Below, one piece after another: positions 9,100 through 17,148 of a stretch of 23,792 nucleotides of DNA; position 1 is the first letter of the stretch, and each line of letters opens with the position of its first letter. Below the pieces are notes generated by a model that worked only from the letters and a program-made list of their open reading frames with translations, made no database searches and had not been told where the DNA came from. This DNA comes from Thermoproteota archaeon (lineage in GTDB: Archaea > Korarchaeota > Korarchaeia > Korarchaeales > Korarchaeaceae), in NCBI GenBank assembly GCA_037917625.1, contig JAVCBY010000086.1, forward strand, positions 1-23,792. Reading direction: 5' to 3'. Position numbers and translations under genes: made by a program.

Positions 9100-9470
9100 C
9101 TAAACATCATGGGAAAATACACCTACGAACATGCTGACTCGGTTGGCTGCCTACCGATGATTAAAATGTTGGCAGAAAGCATGCTCCCGGTAATACATGC
9201 GGCTGGCTTAAGATACTGGTGCGGCTCCAACACTGTCGATATTGATAAAAGGTATCATTACAGTAGCCTACAGCTAAGAGGAAGTTTTGGAGGCTGGGAA
9301 GATATTTGCGAGGACCGAGGGCATAGTCCCTGCCCCCGAGACTGCTCACATGATAAGACAAGTGATTGAAGAAGTGAGAGCCTGTAGACGAGAGCAGAGG
9401 AGTAGAACAATAGTCCTCTGCTTCAGCTATCATGCCTACTGGATCTTAAGCATACGAATAATATTTAAAT
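9100..9470 (+). pseudogene. trpB2: C-terminal remnant of TrpB2-type tryptophan synthase beta-like PLP enzyme
   Basis: Across frames: GKYTYEHADS..LPMIKM..PVIHAAGLRY / [49 protein letters not shown].H / LLDLK. Frameshifts near 9215 and 9433, in-frame TAA at 9275-9277. Confidence 0.85.
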
Positions 9471-9539
9471 ATTTTATTCACTTCATACCCCCGGATTATT
9501 GAATTACGTTCTTAAATAATTCTAAGCTTTTCCCTCAGA

Positions 9540-9800
9540 AATGGGAACAATATAGCTGTGATCAAGAGATCTGATGCTCTCATAGGCTTCCCCAGAGTTC
9601 TTAACTTCTCTTGGGGGCTTCAAGTTTCCCTTATCCTCTATTCCCTACACCCAAAGAGTAGATCCTTCCCAGGAATCCTCGTAATCCTAGATCAGCGGAT
9701 ACTCCACTATGGCGATTGGGCTATGTCCTCCTAAATCTTTACCCCTTCTCCTCATTATTACGGAGGATGCATCTAAGATCAAAGGCCCTTGAGCTTCTCT
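9540..9800 (-). pseudogene. vapC: Decayed PIN-domain (VapC) toxin
   Basis: ILDASSVI..IAIVEYPLI*DYE, then in another frame EKLRTLGKPMRASDLLITAI; stops and frameshifts. Confidence 0.75.
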
Positions 9801-10021
9801 AACCCCTCTCTTCATCTTAACTTGAAGTTCCTCCTCTATGGACACTCTCCCCTCCTCGAGAAGTCCAGTTTCCATCAAAAGAGTGAGTTACTCCCCACCT
9901 AACCTGCCTTAATTTAGAGTATCTCCTTTAATTGGCCCTCCTTACTAATTCAGACCAGTTAACTGTAATACTTCATCAACTCATAGAGCCAATCGGGAGC
10001 GCTTAGGGTTATGTTCGTCGT
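9790..10021 (-). pseudogene. Decayed ribbon-helix-helix (VapB-like) antitoxin
   Basis: ACG (probably a mutated ATG) TNITLSAPDWLYELMK, frameshift, then VNWSELVRRA; directly upstream of the VapC remnant. Confidence 0.7.
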
Positions 10022-10135
10022 GCTGAGTTATGTGAATAAAGGTATTATAGACTAAAGTTCAAAAGATTAAAGCGTAATCTAATTAAATGATCTTTAGGTC
10101 AGTCATGCTTTTTACTTCAAGATTCGCTTACCCTT

Positions 10136-10843
10136 ATGGCCGAGTTGATATACCAGATAGATTGCTATATCACGGATTTTGAGGCTAGAGTGACGAGAAT
10201 CGAGGGGAATAAGCTATTCCTCGATAGAACCGCATTTCACCCGACCTCAGGAGGCGTAGCTAATGACACTGGATACATAGAGTCCAGCTCGGGTAAGTGG
10301 AGAGTAATCGATGTAACTGAGGAAGAGGAGGATATAGCTCATATATTAGATTCTAAACCCGATTTGGGCGTAGGAGATTTAGTGAGAGGGCATATAGATT
10401 GGGATAGGAGGTACAGGCTCATGAGACTCCACACAGCTGATCACATACTTACTGCAATCCTCTACAAGGAGAGAGGAGCTCTCGTCACGGGTGGCCATAT
10501 AGATCCTGAGTACGCGAAATCAGATTTCAGCTTGGAGAGAGGGGAGAGGGAGGTCTTCGAGGGGGCCATAAAGAAGGTAAATGAGATAGCTTCATCTGGA
10601 ATAGAGGTGAAGATATACTTCCTTTCGAGGGAGGAGGCGATGAAGATACCTGGGATAGTGAAGTTAGCTGCTAAAATGCCCCCAAGCCTTGAGAGACTGA
10701 GGATAGTGGAGATACCTGGGATCGATGTACAAGCTGATGGAGGGCCTCACGTTAAGAACACGAGGGAGATAGGGGAAGTCAAGCTCCTGAAAGTGGAGAA
10801 CAAGGGAAAGGGGAAGAAGAGGGTGTACTTCACGGCACCCTAA
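10136..10843 (+). CDS. alaX: Free-standing alanyl-tRNA editing protein AlaX-M
   Basis: LDRTAFHPTSGGVANDTG, RLMRLHTADH (HxxxH), QADGGPHVKNTREIG. Confidence 0.93.
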   Translation: MAELIYQIDCYITDFEARVTRIEGNKLFLDRTAFHPTSGGVANDTGYIESSSGKWRVIDVTEEEEDIAHILDSKPDLGVGDLVRGHIDWDRRYRLMRLHTADHILTAILYKERGALVTGGHIDPEYAKSDFSLERGEREVFEGAIKKVNEIASSGIEVKIYFLSREEAMKIPGIVKLAAKMPPSLERLRIVEIPGIDVQADGGPHVKNTREIGEVKLLKVENKGKGKKRVYFTAP

Positions 10844-10877
10844 ATCCTCTTATTTATAGTCAATTCGCTGATCTTCA

Positions 10878-11159
10878 TCAGACTAGGAAGGAATCCAGAG
10901 TGGATTCCCTCCTCTCCTTCAGATCCTTTTGTATGACGCTGAGGAGCTCCTCCCATCCAACTTCCCCCCTCACCCACTTCAGTAACTCCTCAGTCCTCCT
11001 AGACATGAGCTCTAGGAAGCTCCTCCAATTGATCATTCCTCTCACTTCCCTGTATATGTAACTCTGAAGCTTATTTCCGTACCATACAGCTAGCTTCTCA
11101 TCCATAACCCCCATCAACCTCTTTATCTCATCCTTTATCTCGAGGGGCTCCGGTATCAT
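10878..11159 (-). CDS. Small hypothetical protein with C-terminal PIP-box-like motif
   Basis: 93 aa, host-like codon usage, TATA TTTTTAAG (11188-11181) 22 nt upstream; ends RESTLDSFLV. Confidence 0.75.
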   Translation of the reverse strand: MIPEPLEIKDEIKRLMGVMDEKLAVWYGNKLQSYIYREVRGMINWRSFLELMSRRTEELLKWVRGEVGWEELLSVIQKDLKERRESTLDSFLV

Positions 11160-11164
11160 CGAAA

Positions 11165-11188
11165 TTTCCCCAATGGGAAACTTAAAAA
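11165..11188 (-). promoter_or_regulatory. TATA box with adjacent perfect inverted repeat (candidate operator)
   Basis: TTTCCC-CAAT-GGGAAA (11165-11180) lies between the TATA (11188-11181) and the start codon (11159). Confidence 0.45.
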
Positions 11189-11297
11189 TATCGGAGGGGC
11201 GATCAGATGTTCACTTCAACTCCGAGTCCCCATAGCGGGCCGCTCTACTCCCTGATATCTCTAGATGGGAGCTTAAGGGACTTAGAGATCTAAAGCT

Positions 11298-11873
11298 TTA
11301 ACATTGAAACTTCAGGGGGATTCTCTTCATCTTCAAGTCCTCTACGCGTACCTTGAAGTTGAAGGGCTCGGGGAGATCCTCCCTCACCCCTACTCTCTTC
11401 GACCTTGTTATGAGACTCGCATCAACGCTCAATCCATGCCTCAACTGTAGCTCTTGATAGGGATCGCATAAGAAAGCCTTATGAAAACTCTTATCCACGC
11501 CTAAATATTTTGTGACGCGTCCAGGCCCATATATAGGTTTACTGAGGGGCTCAAAAATCGCGAAATTTATGGGGATTATCCCCCTTATCAGTATCGCCCC
11601 CAGCTCCCCTTCCTCATGAGCGACTACATTGAGGAGCCACTGTCTGTGGACTCCGTAAATTAGAGCAGTACAAGGTTCACTTCCCATGGTCCTAGCTAGA
11701 TCCCCTCCCTTCCTAGCCCTAGATGCTGGATCCTCGGGACCGAAGTAAGGCTCCACTTCTATTATGATGCCTGCAGTCCCTCTCCTCTTGTTCAAGATGA
11801 CTTTGCCGAGTAGATCCATCGCGACTAAATCAGGTCTCCTCCGGAAGAAGCTCGGTTCGAGGACTTCCCTCAT
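11298..11873 (-). CDS. mpg: 3-methyladenine DNA glycosylase (MPG/AAG family)
   Basis: SFFRRRPDLVAMDLLGK, IIEVEPYFGPEDPAS, IYGVH..LLNVV, GAILIRG, GPGRVTKYLGV, RVGV. ATG 11873 preferred over 11966 (TATA at 11907-11901). Confidence 0.92.
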   Translation of the reverse strand: MREVLEPSFFRRRPDLVAMDLLGKVILNKRRGTAGIIIEVEPYFGPEDPASRARKGGDLARTMGSEPCTALIYGVHRQWLLNVVAHEEGELGAILIRGIIPINFAIFEPLSKPIYGPGRVTKYLGVDKSFHKAFLCDPYQELQLRHGLSVDASLITRSKRVGVREDLPEPFNFKVRVEDLKMKRIPLKFQC

Positions 11874-11975
11874 AGGCCCCTCTAGCGAAGTATCGGGATC
11901 TTTAAAGAGAATCATTGAGCCCTCTATACAATCGATGTGCGAAAAAGCTATTATAGTTAGCTTCAAATATACCGG

Positions 11976-12758
11976 ATGGATAGGCTCTCAACTGGGATAA
12001 GGAAGCTGGATGAAATGCTGGAGGGCGGTATACCCAAAGGCTTCCTCGTAGCTATCACAGGAGAGCCCGGGACTGGGAAATCGATATTGTGCCAGCATTT
12101 CGCGTGGCAAGGATATAAAGAGGGGGATAAAGTCATATACGTGACTACAGAGGAATCTAGGAACTCTATACTGGAACAAGCTGAACTCTTAGGGATGGAC
12201 CTGAGGAGGGGAGTTGAGGAAGGGAAGATTATAGTGATAGATGCCCTACTCGCGACTGATGAGTGGAGCTTGTCCTCCTTGGATCCGGAGGCATTAGTTC
12301 AGAAGGTAATAGATGCGAAGAAGAGGCTCGGATATGGGAGGGCTAGGCTCTTGATAGATTCCTTGAGCGCTTTCTGGTTAGATAAGCCAGCTATGGCGAG
12401 GAAGTACAGTTATTACATAAAGAAAGTCTTCAGTAAGTGGGATCTAACGATACTGGCTACATCTCAATACGCTATATCTACTTCTGAGGCATTCGGTTTC
12501 GGGATAGAGCATATAGCTGATGGAATAATTAGGTTCAGGAGGTCCGTCAAGGGAGGGAGGCTCAGGAGGTTCCTCATGATAGAGAAGATGAGGCAGACTG
12601 ATCACGATCTCAGGATGTATGAGATAGAGATAATTCCAGGAAGGGGGATGGAGATAATAGGGCCTGCTGAATTCTCTAAGGAGGATTATGCCCTCCCTAA
12701 GAAGGTGATGGAGAGGATAGCTGAGGCTAAGAGGAAGAGCGAGTCCGAGGTGCCGTGA
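11976..12758 (+). CDS. Single-domain KaiC/RecA-superfamily ATPase
   Basis: RLSTGIRKLDEMLEGGIP, Walker A GEPGTGKS, VTTEE, Walker B LLIDSL, EHIADGII, IEKMR. BRE/TATA at 11941-11956. Confidence 0.93.
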   Translation: MDRLSTGIRKLDEMLEGGIPKGFLVAITGEPGTGKSILCQHFAWQGYKEGDKVIYVTTEESRNSILEQAELLGMDLRRGVEEGKIIVIDALLATDEWSLSSLDPEALVQKVIDAKKRLGYGRARLLIDSLSAFWLDKPAMARKYSYYIKKVFSKWDLTILATSQYAISTSEAFGFGIEHIADGIIRFRRSVKGGRLRRFLMIEKMRQTDHDLRMYEIEIIPGRGMEIIGPAEFSKEDYALPKKVMERIAEAKRKSESEVP

Positions 12759-13537
12759 TGGATTTCAACATGATAGACCACTTCTCAAGGGCTGAGGTCA
12801 GGAAAGCTTTAATAGATTTCCTAAGGGGAAGGTGGGTCTCAGTTCAAACTGAAGATGAGTTCAGGAGGTACTTGAATGGGAAACCGTTGAGAGTGAGGGA
12901 TGAGCTCGAGCTTGATAGCATCATCCGCCTTCTGAGGCCTAGAACTTTTTACGGGACGATAGAGATTTATAAGAGGATAGAGAGTAGGGAGGATGTCTAC
13001 GATGAGGGGAATGTTATATCTGCAACGCCCACATGGGATATAGATAGTGAGATAGGGAACTGGAGAGCTACTGTTGAAGTGATAAGTGAGATCATAAATT
13101 TCCTGAGTGAGGAGGGAGTTAAGAACTCTGTATTCATAATTTGGAGCGGAAATGGGGCTCATGTTCACATACATCCTCTATCCATATCTCTGAAAGCCAA
13201 CCCTCTGGATATTGCTTGGTCCATCACGGAGTTCGTCAAGCTGAAGTTGGAGTCGAGAGTGGAGGAGATCAGGAGGAAGCATAATGCTGAGAAGCTAATT
13301 CTGGCGAATGAGATAATGCCAAGAAGGGTTTTCACAGCCCCTCTCTGTTTCCACAGGAAGTTGGATGTCGTCACAGTTCCTATAATCCCGGAGGATCTGG
13401 ATGATTTCGACATAAGCTGGACCTCCCCTAAGGATTTCAAGTTCTCGAGCGATTGGAATAAGTTCTCTGAGGGTGAGGCTGATGCCTTAGCTGAGAGAGC
13501 TTACGAATCGATCGGGGGGTTACCCCATAATGAGTAA
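12755..13537 (+). CDS. Stand-alone archaeo-eukaryotic primase (AEP) superfamily protein
   Basis: Motif I TWDIDSE (DxD), motif II IWSGNGAHVHI, RRVFTAPLCFH..VTVPI. GTGA overlap with the KaiC gene; C-terminus possibly frameshifted. Confidence 0.82.
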   Translation: MMDFNMIDHFSRAEVRKALIDFLRGRWVSVQTEDEFRRYLNGKPLRVRDELELDSIIRLLRPRTFYGTIEIYKRIESREDVYDEGNVISATPTWDIDSEIGNWRATVEVISEIINFLSEEGVKNSVFIIWSGNGAHVHIHPLSISLKANPLDIAWSITEFVKLKLESRVEEIRRKHNAEKLILANEIMPRRVFTAPLCFHRKLDVVTVPIIPEDLDDFDISWTSPKDFKFSSDWNKFSEGEADALAERAYESIGGLPHNE

Positions 13538-13576
13538 GAGAAGGAGGAAGGGGAAGAAGCTCGAGGAAATGCTCTG

Positions 13577-13624
13577 GTTCAATGAGCCTCCAGATTTTAA
13601 TGTTCAATGACTTCGGTTCAATGA
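13577..13624 (+). repeat. Three copies of GTTCAATGA
   Basis: Exact 9-mers at 13577-13585, 13602-13610 and 13616-13624. Confidence 0.8.
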
Positions 13625-13926
13625 GTCATATGTTTTCATTTTGATAAAGGTTACCTCAGGATATCGCTTAAGTCTCATGTTAATAGATACTCGGGATGTC
13701 CTCCTTCATGAAATCCCCTGTTTTCTCCCCTCTTAGACTCGAGATGAGATCCTCGCGAGACCTTCATGTGACTCATGAATGAGCAAAAATGCTTTGGAGC
13801 AGCTTCACGCCCTCTAGAGGGCACATTTTAGCAAGATAAAATTTGAGCCCCTGAGCTTAGGAGCTCCTCTCCAGGGAAAAGGATAAATAAGGTGAAACTC
13901 TTGAAGGTAGAGGGTGCCCCTAATCC

Positions 13927-14520
13927 GTGAGCTCGCAACTCAAACAGAGATTCCTCAAGCTCCTCAAGGAGGATGAAGAGTTCAGATATACGGTAGCTGG
14001 ATATCTCGGCCTTGAGGAGATTCTCAGGAGGCTCGATAGGCACGAGGAACAACTCGTGAAGCTGAGAGAAGATATGAACAAACTTAGGGAGGACATGAAT
14101 AAGCTGAGGGAGGATATGATTAGGGGATTCGATCTAATAGAGAGGAGGATATCCGCTTTAGGCGCGAGGTGGGGGATTCAAACTGAGGAAGCATTCAGGG
14201 AGGGGTTGAAGGGGATACTTGAGAGGGAGTTCGACGTCAAGGTGGAAAGGTGGATCGAGAAAGATGAGGAAGGCATCGTTTACGAGCACCCGAGTGAGAT
14301 TGAAGTAGATGTAGCCGTTAAAGATGGGAAGATAATGCTAATAGAGGTCTCATCTCATGTGAGGGCATCTGATGTCCTGATATTCAGGAGGAAAGCAGAG
14401 TTCTACAGTAGGAAAAGTGGGGTGAGAGTCGATAGAATGATAATGGTAACACCTTACGCCGATGAGAGGGCCCTTAAGACAGCTAGAGAATTCGGAATCG
14501 AGATATACACGAAAGTTTGA
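13927..14520 (+). CDS. DUF3782-type coiled-coil / PD-(D/E)XK nuclease-fold protein
   Basis: FLKLLKEDEEFRYTVAGYLG, heptad repeats, ALGARWG..EEAFREG, EVDVAVKDG..LIEVSS. Confidence 0.85.
   Translation: MSSQLKQRFLKLLKEDEEFRYTVAGYLGLEEILRRLDRHEEQLVKLREDMNKLREDMNKLREDMIRGFDLIERRISALGARWGIQTEEAFREGLKGILEREFDVKVERWIEKDEEGIVYEHPSEIEVDVAVKDGKIMLIEVSSHVRASDVLIFRRKAEFYSRKSGVRVDRMIMVTPYADERALKTAREFGIEIYTKV
14059..14121 (+). repeat. 3 x 21-bp coding repeat (KLREDMN/KLREDMN/KLREDMI)
   Basis: aagctgagagaagatatgaac / aaacttagggaggacatgaat / aagctgagggaggatatgatt. Confidence 0.9.
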
Positions 14521-14628
14521 GATCCTCTTGAGGGGAGTATTGAGTGTCATTGTATCGCGCATCTCGGGGCTCATAGTCGATCGTCAACTATAGATCGAGG
14601 GCTACCCTGACCTATTAGAGGTGAGTAC

Positions 14629-15480
14629 TTGAAGATAGAGATAGAGCCAGTGGACCTCGACTTGACCCTCTACCCATCGTTCGTCCTCTCTATCTTCAAT
14701 AAATTGAACGAGACTTATGTGAAAGTCGCAGGGAGGAAGAGAGGATGTAAGATGAGAGTTGAGGGGAGATTTTTGCTGACGGAATGCGAAGAAGCTTTAT
14801 ACTGGAGCGGAGCTTGGTTCATAGATATCTTGGATTCGGAGGAGACGAGATTATCGTGGCTCGTGAATCTACTCAGAGCGCAGTACCCAAATCTGGGGCT
14901 CTCCATAGATCCTCATGACCCACTCCACATCTTGATCCCGATCTTCCTCTCTCAATCCACTAGTTACCATGGTAATGTGATCAAGTGGTCTAGGAGGATC
15001 TGGGAGATTACAGATGATCCATTTGAAGCTGCAGAAATAGCTCCAAGGGTAGCTGGGAGCTATCAGTTGAGGAGGCTCAGAGAGTCATTTCCCTGTCTAT
15101 CATCAGCTATCAATGAGGATATCTGGACGACTAGGAGGAAGATGATGGGATGTAAGTACTGCGGACCTAAGGTCGCTGATGCATTCCTCCTCTTCGGGAT
15201 GGCTGATACTACATCAGTTCCAGTGGACGGGCACTTCATATCTATGGTCAGGAAGCTCGAGCTCTGGGATTTCGAACTCCCGAAGCGGAGTATGTGCAGT
15301 GAATATGGGTGTCACGAATGTCCTAATGAGAAGTGCATAAGGCGGCTCGCATCTAAATCGCTGGGAAGATTAGCTGGATGGATTCAGACAGCATTTTATC
15401 TCCATGAGAAGTTATATTGCTCGAGGAAATTGTGTCGAGAGTGCTTACTCAGATCTGAATGCATATCTAGGTCGGATTAG
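14629..15480 (+). CDS. HhH-GPD superfamily DNA glycosylase/AP lyase with two Cys4 clusters
   Basis: IFLSQST, HhH GCKYCGPKVADAFLLF, VPVDGH; CSEYGCHECPNEKC and CSRKLCRECLLRSEC. TTG start with SD GAGGTGA. Confidence 0.85.
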   Translation: MKIEIEPVDLDLTLYPSFVLSIFNKLNETYVKVAGRKRGCKMRVEGRFLLTECEEALYWSGAWFIDILDSEETRLSWLVNLLRAQYPNLGLSIDPHDPLHILIPIFLSQSTSYHGNVIKWSRRIWEITDDPFEAAEIAPRVAGSYQLRRLRESFPCLSSAINEDIWTTRRKMMGCKYCGPKVADAFLLFGMADTTSVPVDGHFISMVRKLELWDFELPKRSMCSEYGCHECPNEKCIRRLASKSLGRLAGWIQTAFYLHEKLYCSRKLCRECLLRSECISRSD

Positions 15481-15621
15481 TTACTCGAAATTAAGTGCCT
15501 TTAAGCGACTCCATTACTCAAGCCCCCATCCCGATCCGGTATGAGAGAGGTCTCGAATATGAAGAGCGATCTAAATCTCTGGGATGGATCTAAGGAGAAG
15601 TTTATTATGTGGGGCCCAGCC

Positions 15622-16668
15622 TCAATGAAGCCTCGCTTTCGATATCCTCTCATATATCTCAATTATCTCCTCCTCATCCAAAATAGCCATTCCGCTAACC
15701 TCTATGAGCATAGAACCGCTCTTGAAAAGTGTCCCTTGAAGAGAGTCATCTATCTTGAATTTGATGAATTGATCCCCTCTCCTCATTATCGAACCTATTT
15801 TCGATATATTTGCTACTGCCTCATCCATGCAGAATCCATCTATAAACTTGTTTATGAAGTAAACGCTTTTACCATCCCTAGCGCACCCCAGCTCCACTAA
15901 TGGTTGCTCTATCTCAGTGGCTACACCTTTCCCGCATGCACCGCAATTCTCATCCCTCTTCAGCTCTAACAAGCTGAAATCCATACTCCTAAGATCGGTG
16001 AAAAGGAGTTTGCCCTTCAAACTCGGCTCCCCGCTCACGATGAGCTTAGTAGCCTCAGATACAGATATAGCAGCTGTGAGGAACGTGATGCTAGGGTGGA
16101 CGCCAACAGTAGCGCATCTAGGCAGGAACTCATCCCGAAGCCCGGAGTAGAAGCATTCTAGACATGGGGTCTCCCCAGGGATTATCGTGCTCACAATACT
16201 GAACATCTCGACAGCCGCTGAGAATATGTAAGGCTTCCCCATCCTTAAAGCTGCTCTATTGGTTATATAACGCGTCCTTATATTGTCCAAACCATCTATG
16301 ATGAGATCGACATCCTCTATGAGCTTATCTATATTCTCATTCAGGATGGGAGTAGCGATAGCATCTATCTCCACATCAGGATTCATCTTAGTCAGGGAAG
16401 CCTTAGCGGCTTCTACCTTAGGCAGCCCGACATCATCTAAGTTGAAGAGGACCTGCCTGTGCAGATCTGTCTCTGAGACTATATCCCTATCGACTATCCT
16501 GATGAATCCGATGCCCATCCTCGTTAAAAGAAGAGCCGCAGGCGTCCCCAACCCGCCCATCCCTAGGATCGCTACTCTGGAGCTCTTAAGCCTCTCCTGA
16601 CCCCTCAAACCTATATCTCGAAGTACTAGCTGTCTAGCATAGCGGTCAATATCATCCTCTGTTAACAC
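15622..16668 (-). CDS. ThiF/MoeB/E1-like adenylyltransferase with C-terminal extension
   Basis: RYARQL, GMGGLG, DRDIVSETDLHRQ, DGLDN, CLEC and CGAC zinc pairs, active-site PRCATVGV. GTG start with GGAGGG SD. Confidence 0.93.
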   Translation of the reverse strand: MLTEDDIDRYARQLVLRDIGLRGQERLKSSRVAILGMGGLGTPAALLLTRMGIGFIRIVDRDIVSETDLHRQVLFNLDDVGLPKVEAAKASLTKMNPDVEIDAIATPILNENIDKLIEDVDLIIDGLDNIRTRYITNRAALRMGKPYIFSAAVEMFSIVSTIIPGETPCLECFYSGLRDEFLPRCATVGVHPSITFLTAAISVSEATKLIVSGEPSLKGKLLFTDLRSMDFSLLELKRDENCGACGKGVATEIEQPLVELGCARDGKSVYFINKFIDGFCMDEAVANISKIGSIMRRGDQFIKFKIDDSLQGTLFKSGSMLIEVSGMAILDEEEIIEIYERISKARLH

Positions 16669-16731
16669 GATCTCCCTCCAGTTAGCTGAAGCCTCGCATT
16701 TTTTAATTAAAGCGTAAGTTCTCGAGCGATG

Positions 16732-17085
16732 TTAAGCCTTCATTAACAACCATCCTACTTTCGTCTTTATGAGTACATATTCTCCATTCATTTTCCTCCC
16801 TTTAGCTAAGAATTTTATCTTATTTTCCGTTCTCTCTAACAATTCATACTCGCCGGAGTCCCATATTTTCACCTCACCAGCTCCGTACATACCTTCAGGT
16901 ATCCTCCCCTCGAAATCTATGTAAGAGAGGTCGTGGTCCTCAGTCTCTACAGCTAACCTCTTGACCCCCTTCTTCTCAGGGACTCCCTTAGGCAACGCCC
17001 AAGATTTCAGCACGTTATCCATCTCAAGCCTCAAGTCCCAATGCAACCTCCTAGCATGATGCTCTTGCACTACGAACCTAGGCAT
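16732..17085 (-). CDS. Stand-alone LigD-type 3'-phosphoesterase (PE domain)
   Basis: FVVQEHHARRLHWDLRLE, LKSWALPKG, RLAVETEDH, YIDFEGRIPEGMYGAGEVKIWDSG; 117 aa. Confidence 0.95.
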   Translation of the reverse strand: MPRFVVQEHHARRLHWDLRLEMDNVLKSWALPKGVPEKKGVKRLAVETEDHDLSYIDFEGRIPEGMYGAGEVKIWDSGEYELLERTENKIKFLAKGRKMNGEYVLIKTKVGWLLMKA

Positions 17086-17148
17086 GAGCTTACTTGATTT
17101 GAGTTAATAATACTCTGCCTGATGCTAGAGAGCAACGCTTATATAAGG

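Noticed and set aside
11193-11293. SD GGAGGGG plus a 28-codon ORF (MFTSTPSPHSGPLYSLISLDGSLRDLEI)
   Set aside because: Too short and no recognisable family; cannot be supported.
13577-13624. Short repeats as a mini CRISPR array
   Set aside because: Repeats are 9-11 nt with 16- and 5-nt gaps; no cas genes.
12755-17085. Complete NHEJ system
   Set aside because: No Ku or ATP-dependent ligase in the window, and the AEP is not clearly PolDom.
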